From an uncultured Gemmatimonadales bacterium (GTDB lineage Bacteria > Gemmatimonadota > Gemmatimonadetes > Gemmatimonadales > GWC2-71-9), in contig CAWHFW010000001.1 in assembly GCA_963828735.1 (NCBI GenBank), positions 64,001 to 128,000 of the forward strand: a DNA stretch of 64,000 nucleotides, in the 5' to 3' direction. Both the position numbers and the translations under genes were made by a program. Shown here piece after piece: positions 1-9,134 of this stretch; the first letter of the stretch is position 1; each line of letters opens with the position of its first letter. A model generated the notes under the pieces. That model ran no database searches. It was not told the DNA's origin and worked only from the letters and a program-made list of their open reading frames with translations.

Positions 1-91
1 CGCGTTCGCCGGGTTGAGCCACGCGGACCTCGGATTCACGGGGCGGGTCCTGCCCGCGGCCGCGCCCGCGCCGCAGGAGGCCGCCCGATGA
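1..91 (+). CDS. nuoG: 3' end of probable NADH-quinone oxidoreductase subunit G (partial, runs off window start)
   Basis: Frame 2 reads AFAGLSHADLGFTGRVLP...AAR* with TGA 89-91 overlapping the nuoH ATG (ATGA). It sits directly upstream of nuoH. Confidence 0.55.
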   Translation, partial: AFAGLSHADLGFTGRVLPAAAPAPQEAAR

Positions 92-1308
92 CGCCGGAGA
101 TGAAGGGCTTCATCCTGCTGAGCGCGCTCAAGATGCTCCTGGTGTTCACCGTCGTCATGATCGGCGTCGCCCTCCTCACGCTGATGGAGCGCAAGGTGAG
201 CGCCTGGATGCAGAACCGCCGGGGCCCCAACCGGGTGGGCTGGGCCGGCCTGCTGCAGCCGGCCGCCGATGGTCTGAAGAACATCCTGAAGGAAGAGACC
301 TACCCGGCGCTCGCGAACCGCGGCCTCTTCTTCCTCGCGCCCGCGCTGTCGTTCATTCCCGCGCTGCTCCTGTCCGCCGTGATCCCGTTCGCGGCGCCGC
401 TGCCGCTGGACTTCGACTTCACGCTCGGACCCCTGGGTCGCTTCGTGCACCACGGTCTGATGCCGATGGTCGTGGCCGACCTCCCGATCGGCTTTCTCTT
501 CGTCCTCTCGATCAGCTCGATGGGGGTCTACGGGATCGCGCTCGCGGGCTGGTCGTCCAACAGCAAGTACGCCCTGCTCGGCGGCCTCCGGGCCAGCGCG
601 CAGATGATCAGCTACGAGATCGCGATGGGGCTGAGTCTCATCCCGGTGCTGCTCATGAGCGGCAACGTGAGCTTCGGCGCGATCATCCACGAGCAGCAGA
701 TCGGTCTCTGGTACGTGCTGCCGCTCTTCCTTTCGTTCTTCGTGTTCCTGATCTCGGGCTTCGCCGAGACCAACCGGCTGCCGTTCGACCTGCCCGAAGC
801 CGAATCCGAGCTGATCGCCGGGTACCACACCGAATACAGCGCGATGAAGTTCTCGTTCTTCTTCATCGCCGAGTACGCCAACGTGGTGACCGTGTGCGCC
901 ATGGTGACCACTCTGTTCTTCGGCGGCTGGGACATCCCCGGGCGCTGGGACGAACAGGGCGGCCTGCTCCAGACGCTGGCCACGGGCGGGTTCTTCTTCC
1001 TCAAGCTCATGTTCTGGATCTTCTTCGTCATGTGGATCCGTTGGACCCTGCCGCGGTTCCGCTATGACCAGCTCATGGCGCTGGGCTGGAAGGTGCTCAT
1101 GCCGCTCGCGCTGGCCTACATCATGGTCATCTGCACGGCGATCTACGGCATCGAGCACGTGGCCGGCATCACCGATCCGAAGGCGCGCTCGCTCGCGCTG
1201 TTCGGAGTGAACGTGGTGCTCGGGCTCTTCGTGTTCGGAGTGCTCGACAGCGGCGTCTTCATCCGCGGCTCCGGCCGGCGGCAGGCCACTTACGAGGTGA
1301 CGGGCTGA
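88..1308 (+). CDS. nuoH: NADH-quinone oxidoreductase subunit H
   Basis: ERKVSAWMQNRRGPNRVG, QPAADGLK, ETNRLPFDLPEAESEL and WTLPRFRYDQLM motifs. GGAGG RBS upstream. Confidence 0.97.
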   Translation: MTPEMKGFILLSALKMLLVFTVVMIGVALLTLMERKVSAWMQNRRGPNRVGWAGLLQPAADGLKNILKEETYPALANRGLFFLAPALSFIPALLLSAVIPFAAPLPLDFDFTLGPLGRFVHHGLMPMVVADLPIGFLFVLSISSMGVYGIALAGWSSNSKYALLGGLRASAQMISYEIAMGLSLIPVLLMSGNVSFGAIIHEQQIGLWYVLPLFLSFFVFLISGFAETNRLPFDLPEAESELIAGYHTEYSAMKFSFFFIAEYANVVTVCAMVTTLFFGGWDIPGRWDEQGGLLQTLATGGFFFLKLMFWIFFVMWIRWTLPRFRYDQLMALGWKVLMPLALAYIMVICTAIYGIEHVAGITDPKARSLALFGVNVVLGLFVFGVLDSGVFIRGSGRRQATYEVTG

Positions 1309-1814
1309 TGGCCATCGGCGTCAAGGTCATGAAGCGTCCCGAGCGCGAGGTCAGCTACGTGCGGGCCACGCTCAAGGGCATGGCGCTCACCTTCAAGCAC
1401 ATGTTCGAGCCGAAGGTGACGATGCAGTACCCCGAGGAGAAGAGCACCACCGATTGGAGCATCTCGCAGCGATGGCGCGGCACCCACCGGATGCTGACCG
1501 ACGAGCAGGGCCGCTCCAAGTGCGTCGCGTGCGGGCTCTGTCCCCAGATCTGTCCGGCCAACTGCATCAAGCTGGTGCCCGGCGAGGACGAAGAGGGGAA
1601 CCGGTACCCGCTGATCTACGAGATCGACGAGTTCCGCTGCGTCTTCTGCGGGTACTGCCAGGAAGTGTGCCCCGAGGAGGCCATTCACGTGGGCGTGCAC
1701 TTCGAGAATGCCGAGTACACCCGCGGCCGGTTCGTGTACGACCTGGAGCGGCTCCAGGCGCAGACCCATGCCGTGTCCACGCTGTGGGACCCGACCGATC
1801 CACGGGGCGAGTAG
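1308..1814 (+). CDS. nuoI: NADH-quinone oxidoreductase subunit I (2x[4Fe-4S])
   Basis: VTMQYPEE, CVACGLCPQICP and CVFCGYCQEVCP ferredoxin motifs. Confidence 0.97.
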   Translation: MAIGVKVMKRPEREVSYVRATLKGMALTFKHMFEPKVTMQYPEEKSTTDWSISQRWRGTHRMLTDEQGRSKCVACGLCPQICPANCIKLVPGEDEEGNRYPLIYEIDEFRCVFCGYCQEVCPEEAIHVGVHFENAEYTRGRFVYDLERLQAQTHAVSTLWDPTDPRGE

Positions 1815-2372
1815 ATGACCCAGTTCGTGTTCTACCTGTTCGCCTTCGCCGCGGTGCTCGGCGCGGCGATGTGCATCCTCCAGCGGAACGCGGTGGTGTC
1901 GGCCATCTGGCTGATGAGCACGATGTTCTCGCTCGCGGCCATCTTCGTCCTGCTCGGCGCCGAGCTGATCGGGATCCTCCAGATCCTGGTCTACGTCGGC
2001 GCCATCCTCGTGGTCTTTCTGTTCGTCATCATGCTTCTCAACCTGACCCACGCGACGTCCGACATGCGCGGCCCGGGGGCGCTCGGCGCCACGGTGGTCA
2101 TCGTCGGGCTCCTCGTGGTCGAGCTCGCCGCGCTCTGGCGCTACACGCCGCAGCGGCTCGCGGCCGACATCGCGCAGGCGCCGATGCTGGCCAATCCCGC
2201 GAGCGTGTTCGCCGCTGGTGAGGTGACGCGGCAGGAGACCGCGGCGCGCGGGGTCGTGGGCGCCCTGGCCGCGCCCCTGTTCCAGGTCTATCTGGTGCCG
2301 TTCGAGATCACATCGATCCTCCTCCTCGCCGCCATCGTCGGCGCGGTGGTGCTGGCCAAGCGGAGGATCTGA
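1815..2372 (+). CDS. nuoJ: NADH-quinone oxidoreductase subunit J
   Basis: [21 protein letters not shown] and [19 protein letters not shown] motifs. Confidence 0.95.
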   Translation: MTQFVFYLFAFAAVLGAAMCILQRNAVVSAIWLMSTMFSLAAIFVLLGAELIGILQILVYVGAILVVFLFVIMLLNLTHATSDMRGPGALGATVVIVGLLVVELAALWRYTPQRLAADIAQAPMLANPASVFAAGEVTRQETAARGVVGALAAPLFQVYLVPFEITSILLLAAIVGAVVLAKRRI

Positions 2373-2680
2373 TGCCCCCCACCACGTTCCTCGGCCCGTC
2401 GCTCGGGCTCTCGGCCATCCTGTTCAGCCTGGGCGTGGCCGGCGTGCTGCTCCGCCGGAACGCGATCGTGGTGTTCATGTGCGTCGAGATCATGCTCAAC
2501 GCGGTCAATCTCGCGTTCGTCGCGCTGGCCCAGCTGCACGGCGCGAGCGGCTACATCATGGTGCTCTTCGTCATGACCGTCGCGGCGGCGGAGGCGGCGG
2601 TCGGCCTGGCGATTATCCTCGCGGTCTTCCGGCACAAGCAGTCGGTGGATCTCCAGAACATCAACCTGCTGCGGGGCTGA
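2372..2680 (+). CDS. nuoK: NADH-quinone oxidoreductase subunit K
   Basis: [20 protein letters not shown] and [12 protein letters not shown] motifs. Confidence 0.96.
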   Translation: MPPTTFLGPSLGLSAILFSLGVAGVLLRRNAIVVFMCVEIMLNAVNLAFVALAQLHGASGYIMVLFVMTVAAAEAAVGLAIILAVFRHKQSVDLQNINLLRG

Positions 2681-4653
2681 TGACCTTCACCCACGTGGTC
2701 TGGCTCGCCGTCGCGCTTCCCGTCGCGGGGTTCCTGCTGAATGGGGCGCTCTCCCTGTGGCGCCCTCAAGCCAAGGGCGCGGTCTCCGTCATCGGACCGG
2801 GCGTCCTCCTCGCCGCCTTCGCTGTCGGGCTCGGCGTCTTCCTCGAGCTCTGGCGGGAGCCGCCCCACGCCCCGATCATCGTTCGCCTCTGGTCGTGGCT
2901 GCCGGTGGATCGGCTGCAGGTGGATCTGGCCTTCCAGGTGGACCAGCTCTCGGTGGTGATGCTGCTCATCGTCACCGGCGTCGGGAGCCTGATCCACCTG
3001 TTCAGCGTCGGCTACATGCGGGAAGATCCGGGATACGCGCGCTACTTCGCGTACCTGAACCTCTTCATCGTGTTCATGCTGGTGCTGGTGCTCGGGTCGA
3101 GCTTCCCGGTGATGTTCATCGGCTGGGAAGGCGTGGGTCTCTGCTCCTACCTGCTGATCGGGTTCTGGTTCTCGGAGAAGGCCAACGCCGACGCCGGCAA
3201 GAAGGCGTTCATCATGAACCGGATCGGCGACTTCGGGTTCCTGGTGGCGATGTTCTTCCTCTGGCGCGTCTTCGGGAGCCTCGACTTCACCTACGTGACC
3301 GAGCACGCCCCCGACATGCTGACGCCGGGCGGCGCCGTCGTCACGGCGATCACCCTGTTCCTGTTCCTCGGCTGCACGGGCAAGTCCGCGCAGATCCCGC
3401 TCTACACCTGGCTGCCCGACGCCATGGCCGGCCCGACGCCGGTGTCGGCGCTGATCCACGCGGCCACGATGGTGACGGCCGGCGTCTACCTGGTGGCGCG
3501 GACCAACGTGCTGTTCGCGCTCGCGCCGGTGTCCAGCACGGTGGTGGCTGGCATCGGGGCCCTGACGGCGCTTTTCGCCGCGACAATCGGTCTCCGGCAG
3601 TACGACATCAAGAAGGTGCTCGCCTACTCCACGGTCTCGCAGCTCGGCTACATGTTCATCGGCGTCGGGACCGGGGCCTACGCCTCGGGCATCTTCCACC
3701 TGACCACCCACGCCTTCTTCAAGGCGCTCCTGTTCCTCGGCTCGGGCAGCGTGATCCACGCGATGCACCATGCGTATCACGCCACCCACTCGCACGAGGA
3801 CGCGCAGGACATGCGGAACATGGGCGGGCTCCGGCGCTACATGCCGGTCACCTTCTGGCTCATGATGATCGCCACCCTGGCGATCGCCGGGATCCCGCCG
3901 TTCTCCGGGTTCTTCTCCAAGGACGAGATCCTCGCGGCGGCCTTCGCCCGCGGGGCGGATACGCCCATCTACTACGTGTTCTACGGGATGGGCGTCCTCG
4001 CGGCCCTCCTCACCGCGTTCTACATGGCGCGCCTGATGGCCATGACCTTCCTCGGGGAGAACCGCACCGGCGAGCGCGAGCGCGGCCACCTGCACGAGGC
4101 GCCCTGGATCATGACGGGACCGCTGCTCGTGCTCGGTGTGCTGAGCGCGGTGGGCGGGGCGCTCAACCTGCCTCACCTCGTCGGTGGGCACTCGGCACTC
4201 GAGCGCTGGCTCGAGCCGGTGATGGAGCCCGGCCTCCGGCTCACCCACCTGGTCATGCCGTCCGGCTCGACCGAGCTGGCCCTGGTCGGCGCCGCGGTGG
4301 CGATCGGCGCGTTGGGCCTCTGGCTGGGCTTCCGGGCCACGCTCGCCGGCTCCATCCCGCCCGCGCACGACGCGCCGGAGGAGACGGGCTTCGCCCTGGT
4401 GCTCAACCGCAAGTACTACGTCGACGAGCTGTACGACGCCCTGGTGGTGCGGCCGGTCGCCTGGCTGTCGCGCGTGGTGCTGTGGCGCGGGGTGGACCAG
4501 CAGATTGTCGACGGCGCAGGAGTGAACGGCGCGGCGTTCCTCTCCCGACTGGCGGGCAGCGGGCTCCGGCTGCTGCAGACCGGTCAGGTGGGGGTCTACG
4601 TGGTGCTCTTCCTCGTGGGCGCGCTGTGGATCCTGCGCGCCGTGATCAGGTAA
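2680..4653 (+). CDS. nuoL: NADH-quinone oxidoreductase subunit L
   Basis: True start is the ATG at 2680 (TGATG overlap with nuoK). GWEGVGLCSYLLIGFW, GKSAQIPLYTWLPDAMAGPTPVSALIHAATMV and HAFFKALLFL motifs. Confidence 0.97.
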   Translation: MTFTHVVWLAVALPVAGFLLNGALSLWRPQAKGAVSVIGPGVLLAAFAVGLGVFLELWREPPHAPIIVRLWSWLPVDRLQVDLAFQVDQLSVVMLLIVTGVGSLIHLFSVGYMREDPGYARYFAYLNLFIVFMLVLVLGSSFPVMFIGWEGVGLCSYLLIGFWFSEKANADAGKKAFIMNRIGDFGFLVAMFFLWRVFGSLDFTYVTEHAPDMLTPGGAVVTAITLFLFLGCTGKSAQIPLYTWLPDAMAGPTPVSALIHAATMVTAGVYLVARTNVLFALAPVSSTVVAGIGALTALFAATIGLRQYDIKKVLAYSTVSQLGYMFIGVGTGAYASGIFHLTTHAFFKALLFLGSGSVIHAMHHAYHATHSHEDAQDMRNMGGLRRYMPVTFWLMMIATLAIAGIPPFSGFFSKDEILAAAFARGADTPIYYVFYGMGVLAALLTAFYMARLMAMTFLGENRTGERERGHLHEAPWIMTGPLLVLGVLSAVGGALNLPHLVGGHSALERWLEPVMEPGLRLTHLVMPSGSTELALVGAAVAIGALGLWLGFRATLAGSIPPAHDAPEETGFALVLNRKYYVDELYDALVVRPVAWLSRVVLWRGVDQQIVDGAGVNGAAFLSRLAGSGLRLLQTGQVGVYVVLFLVGALWILRAVIR

Positions 4654-6233
4654 TGACGATGGCCGCTTTCCTCCAGTCCATCGGGTACGGCGAGTGGATC
4701 CTCCACGCGCTGGTCCTGCTCCCGCTCATCGGCGTCGTTCCGGTGCTGCTGGGCAGCGAGCGGTCGGCGAAGGTCACGGCGCTGGTGATCACCGTCCTCG
4801 AGTTCGTCCTCTCGGCCGGACTCTGGTGGGGGCTCGAGCGCGGCCGCGGGACGTTCCAGCTGATGGCCAACCTGGACTGGATTCCCTCCTGGGGCATCTC
4901 GTACCGCGTCGGCATCGACGGGATCTCGCTCGTCATGGTGCTGCTCACCACCGCGCTCATGCCGCTCAGCGTGCTCGCGAGCTGGCAGTACATCACGACG
5001 CGCGAGCGCGGCTTCTACGCCCTCATGCTCACGTTGCTCACCGGGATGGTCGGCGTGTTCCTCGCGCTCGACATGTTCCTGTTCTACGTGTTCTTCGAGA
5101 TCATGCTCATCCCGATGTATTTCATCATCGGGATCTGGGGCGGGACCAACCGGCTGTACGCGGCGATCAAGTTCTTCGTCTACACCATGGCCGGGTCGCT
5201 GCTCATGCTGGTGGCCATCGTGGTGCTGGTGTGGAAGGTCCGGAGCGGCACGGGGCTGCTCTCGTTCTCGTACGACTTTCTGCTCCAGAACGCGTCGGCG
5301 GCCGGCGGGGCCGCGCCCTGGCTCTTCGCCGCGTTCGCGCTCGCGTTCGCCATCAAGGTGCCGATCTTCCCGTTTCACACCTGGCTGCCGGACGCCCACG
5401 TCGAGGCGCCCACGGCGGGCAGCGTCCTCCTGGCCGGCGTCATGCTGAAGATCGGCACCTACGGCTTCCTGCGGTTCGCCGTCCCGTTCTTCCCGCAGGT
5501 GGCCTTGAGCCCCGTGGTGAGCCACATCATGGTCGTGCTGGCGGTGATCGGCATTATCTACGGCGCGCTGGTCGCGATGGTGCAGCCCGACATCAAGAAG
5601 CTGGTGGCCTACTCGTCCGTGAGCCACCTGGGCTTCGTGATGCTGGGCATCTGGGGCATGACGCTCCAGAGCGTTCAGGGCGCCCTGATGGTGATGATCA
5701 GCCACGGCTTCTCCACCGGGGCGCTGTTCCTCCTGATCGGCATGCTGTACGAGCGCCGCCACACCAGGCGCATCGAGGACTACGGCGGCATCGCCCGGGT
5801 GGTGCCGGTCTTCTCGCTGATTCTCACCGTCGTGGCGCTCTCGTCCATCGGTCTTCCGGGGCTCAACGGCTTCATCGGCGAGTTCCTCGTCCTGCTCGGC
5901 AGCTTCACCGCGTTCCCGTGGGCGACCGGGCTCGCGACCACGGGCGTGATCTTCGCCGCGGCCTACCTCCTGTGGGCCCTTCAGCGGGTCATCTTCAACC
6001 GCCTCGACGACCGCGAGAACGAGCACCTGCACGATCTCACCCCCAGGGAGCTCGCCGTCATGCTCCCGCTCGTCGTCGGCATCGTGTGGCTCGGCCTCTA
6101 TCCCAAGCCGGTCCTCGAGCGCATGGAGCCCTCCTCGAAGCGGTTCCTCGAGGCCGCCGCGCCGGGTGTCGGGCCGACGACGGCCGGGGCCGCGCTCCGG
6201 TCGAGCGCGCAATTGTCGGAGGGCGGCCGATGA
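4653..6233 (+). CDS. nuoM: NADH-quinone oxidoreductase subunit M
   Basis: Start ATG 4653 (TAATG overlap) or 4659. GIDGISL, FAIKVPIFPFHTWLPDAHVEAPT and KKLVAYSSVSHLG motifs. Confidence 0.97.
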   Translation: MTMAAFLQSIGYGEWILHALVLLPLIGVVPVLLGSERSAKVTALVITVLEFVLSAGLWWGLERGRGTFQLMANLDWIPSWGISYRVGIDGISLVMVLLTTALMPLSVLASWQYITTRERGFYALMLTLLTGMVGVFLALDMFLFYVFFEIMLIPMYFIIGIWGGTNRLYAAIKFFVYTMAGSLLMLVAIVVLVWKVRSGTGLLSFSYDFLLQNASAAGGAAPWLFAAFALAFAIKVPIFPFHTWLPDAHVEAPTAGSVLLAGVMLKIGTYGFLRFAVPFFPQVALSPVVSHIMVVLAVIGIIYGALVAMVQPDIKKLVAYSSVSHLGFVMLGIWGMTLQSVQGALMVMISHGFSTGALFLLIGMLYERRHTRRIEDYGGIARVVPVFSLILTVVALSSIGLPGLNGFIGEFLVLLGSFTAFPWATGLATTGVIFAAAYLLWALQRVIFNRLDDRENEHLHDLTPRELAVMLPLVVGIVWLGLYPKPVLERMEPSSKRFLEAAAPGVGPTTAGAALRSSAQLSEGGR

Positions 6234-7732
6234 ACCGCATCGACCTCGGCACTCCGTGGGGCGTGACCCTCGCGCTGCTGCCGGAGATCGTCCTGTCCGG
6301 CTGGGCCCTCGTGGTTCTCCTGGTCGTGAGCTGGCGTCATCACGGGGCGGCGGACAGTCGCCTCGCGGGCTGGCTCAGCTTCGCGGGCGTCGTGCTCAGC
6401 TTCGCCGCGCTCGCATCCCTCTGGGTGAGCGGCGCCACGCCCGACGGCCTGGCCCAGATGGTGGCGCTCGATTCGTTCCGCTACGGCGTGGCCGCCATCG
6501 CGCTGCTCAGCGCGGGCGCCACGATTCTCCTCTCGCTGGGGTACCTCGAGCGGGAGCGGCTGCTGGCGCCGGAGTACTACCCGCTCGTGCTGTTCGCGAC
6601 CGCCGGCATGATGTTCCTCGGCGGGGCGGAGGACCTCATCGTCCTGTTTCTCGGGCTCGAGGTCATGTCGGTCGCGGTCTACGTGCTCGCCGGCTTCAAC
6701 CGGGCGAACGCGTTCTCGGCCGAAGCGGCGCTCAAGTATTTCCTGATCGGGGCGTTCGCGTCGGGTTTCCTGCTCTACGGCATCGCGCTGGTCTATGGCG
6801 CCACCGGCACCACCAATCTCTCGCTGGCGGGGGCGCAGCTCGGGGGCAAGCCGCTCAGCCTGATGGCGTCGCTCGGGCTCGGGCTTCTGATCATCGGGTT
6901 CGCCTTCAAGGTGGCGGCCGTACCGTTCCACATGTGGGCGCCGGACGTGTACGATGGCTCGCCGACGCCCGTCACCGGCTTCATGGCCACCGGCGTCAAG
7001 GCGGCCGCGTTCGCCGCGCTCGTGCGCGTGCTGATGGAGGCGTTCCCCTCGGCCATCGCGACCTGGCAGCCGATCGTCGCCGGCCTCGCGATCGCATCGA
7101 TGGTGCTGGGCAACCTGGTGGCGCTGGCGCAACGTCCACTCAAGCGGATGCTGGCCTACAGCTCGGTCGCGCACGCGGGTTATCTGCTCGTGGCGGCCTG
7201 GCCGGGCACGGCGGTCGGCGCCGGCTCGGTGATGCTGTACCTCTTGGCCTACAGCCTGACGTCCCTCGCGACGTTCGGTCTCCTCGCCGCGCTCGGCCGC
7301 GGGGGCGAGCGCGAGGTCGGTCTCGACGATATCGCCGGTCTCGCGTCCGCGCGTCCGTGGATGGCCTTCGCCCTCACCGTCTGCATGCTCTCGTTGCTCG
7401 GGTTTCCGGGGACGTTCGGCTTCATCGGCAAGTGGTACATCATCTCCGCCGTGGTGGCCGAAGGCCACTATCTGCTCCCGGTTATCCTGGTGCTCACCAG
7501 CGTCGTGAGCGCGGGCTACTATCTGCCGGTGATCATGGCGATGTACATGAAGCCCGCACCCGCCGGGGACCGGTACGCGGGCCTTCGCCTCGCGCCGGCC
7601 GCGTTCGGGGCCATCACGCTCACGGTCGCCGCGGTGCTGCTCTTCGGGTTCTGGCCAGGGGCCGTGCTCGACCTGGCCGGGCAGACCGGAACGACGCTCA
7701 CGCAAACGGGCGTGCCGATCGCCGGACCGTGA
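6230..7732 (+). CDS. nuoN: NADH-quinone oxidoreductase subunit N
   Basis: ATGA overlap with nuoM. EAALKYFLIGA, FKVAAVPFHMWAPDVYDGSPTP and KRMLAYSSVAHAGY motifs. Confidence 0.97.
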   Translation: MNRIDLGTPWGVTLALLPEIVLSGWALVVLLVVSWRHHGAADSRLAGWLSFAGVVLSFAALASLWVSGATPDGLAQMVALDSFRYGVAAIALLSAGATILLSLGYLERERLLAPEYYPLVLFATAGMMFLGGAEDLIVLFLGLEVMSVAVYVLAGFNRANAFSAEAALKYFLIGAFASGFLLYGIALVYGATGTTNLSLAGAQLGGKPLSLMASLGLGLLIIGFAFKVAAVPFHMWAPDVYDGSPTPVTGFMATGVKAAAFAALVRVLMEAFPSAIATWQPIVAGLAIASMVLGNLVALAQRPLKRMLAYSSVAHAGYLLVAAWPGTAVGAGSVMLYLLAYSLTSLATFGLLAALGRGGEREVGLDDIAGLASARPWMAFALTVCMLSLLGFPGTFGFIGKWYIISAVVAEGHYLLPVILVLTSVVSAGYYLPVIMAMYMKPAPAGDRYAGLRLAPAAFGAITLTVAAVLLFGFWPGAVLDLAGQTGTTLTQTGVPIAGP

Positions 7733-7760
7733 GGGCGCCGAGGCGGGCACACGTGGCGCC

Positions 7761-9131
7761 ATGAACGCCCCGAAATCCATCTTCCGCCAGTACGACATCC
7801 GCGGCCTCGTCGGCTCGGAGCTCACGCCCGAATTCGCCCGCGGTTTGGGGCGCGCCTTCGCGTCGGTGGCGTGGGAGCGGCTCGGCCGAGCGCCCACTCT
7901 CGTCGTCGGTCGGGACAACCGCCCATCGGGCGAGGCGCTCGCGGCCGGGGTCAGGCGGGGGATCGTCGAGGCGGGCGCCACCGCGGTGGATGTCGGCACG
8001 CTCCCGACGCCGGCCCTGTATTTCGGCGTCGCCGCCCTCGGCTCCGATGGCGGCATCCAGGTCACCGGCTCGCACAATCCCCCCGAGTTCAACGGCTTCA
8101 AGATGGTCCTCGGCGGCGAGGCGTTTCACGGCGATGAGATCCTGGGCCTCTGGGAGATCATCGTGACGGAGCGCTGGCGGAGCGCCACCGGGCGCGAGAC
8201 GAGCGACGGCTCGGTCCTCGGGCGGTATCGCGAGGGCATCGTCTCCCGCCACCGGTTGGCGCGCCCCGTCCGCGTCGTGGCCGACTGCGGGAACGGGGCC
8301 GGCAGCCTCGTCGCCGTCTCGACCCTCGAGGCCCTCGGCGCCGAGGTCACGCCGCTCTTCTGCGAGTCGGACGGCACCTTTCCCAATCATCATCCCGATC
8401 CGACCGTGCCGGAGAATCTCCGCGATCTCCAGGCCGAGGTGCGGCGCACGGGCGCCGAGCTGGGCATCGCCTTCGACGGCGACGCGGACCGGATCGGCGC
8501 GGTGGACGAGACCGGCCGCATCATCTACGGCGATCAGCTCCTCGTCATCCTCGGCCGCGATGCGGTCGCCCGGTTCGGCGCCGGCACGCCGGTCATCTTC
8601 GATGTCAAGTGCTCGGAGGTGCTCCCGGCCGCCCTGACGCGCGCCGGGGCGCGACCCATCATGTGGAAGACCGGGCATTCGCTCATCAAGGCGAAGATGA
8701 AGGCGGAGGGCGCGCCGCTCGCCGGCGAGATGAGCGGCCACATGTTCTTCGGCGGAGACTACCTTGGGTTCGACGACGCGCTGTTCGCGGCCGCGCGCCT
8801 GCTCGAGATCGTGAGTCGCCGGCCCTTCGGTCTCGCGGCCCTGCTCGAGGACCTGCCGCGCACGACCGCCACGCCCGAGATCCGGGTCGATGTGCCCGAG
8901 GAGCGGAAGTTCGATCTCGTGCAGCGGGCCGTGGCGCACTTCTCGTCGCGGTACCCCGTCAACACCATCGACGGCGCGCGGATCACCTTCCCGAACGGCT
9001 GGGGGCTGCTCCGCGCGTCGAACACCCAGTCGATTCTCGTGCTCAGGTTCGAGGCCACGGATCAGGAGTCGCTGGACGCCGCCCGCCGCGAGGTCGCCGA
9101 CTGGCTCGCGGGGCAGGGCGTGCGGGCGTAG
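7761..9131 (+). CDS. Phosphomannomutase/phosphoglucomutase (AlgC-like alpha-D-phosphohexomutase)
   Basis: IFRQYDIRG, TGSHNP (phospho-Ser), FDGDADR (metal binding), GEMSGH and RASNTQ motifs. Confidence 0.93.
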   Translation: MNAPKSIFRQYDIRGLVGSELTPEFARGLGRAFASVAWERLGRAPTLVVGRDNRPSGEALAAGVRRGIVEAGATAVDVGTLPTPALYFGVAALGSDGGIQVTGSHNPPEFNGFKMVLGGEAFHGDEILGLWEIIVTERWRSATGRETSDGSVLGRYREGIVSRHRLARPVRVVADCGNGAGSLVAVSTLEALGAEVTPLFCESDGTFPNHHPDPTVPENLRDLQAEVRRTGAELGIAFDGDADRIGAVDETGRIIYGDQLLVILGRDAVARFGAGTPVIFDVKCSEVLPAALTRAGARPIMWKTGHSLIKAKMKAEGAPLAGEMSGHMFFGGDYLGFDDALFAAARLLEIVSRRPFGLAALLEDLPRTTATPEIRVDVPEERKFDLVQRAVAHFSSRYPVNTIDGARITFPNGWGLLRASNTQSILVLRFEATDQESLDAARREVADWLAGQGVRA

Positions 9132-9134
9132 CGC

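Noticed and set aside
2757..7732. Apparent giant NuoM (1158 aa) and NuoN (1012 aa) ORFs
   Set aside because: The N-terminal parts are off-frame readings of the upstream gene. The real starts are at 4653 and 6230.
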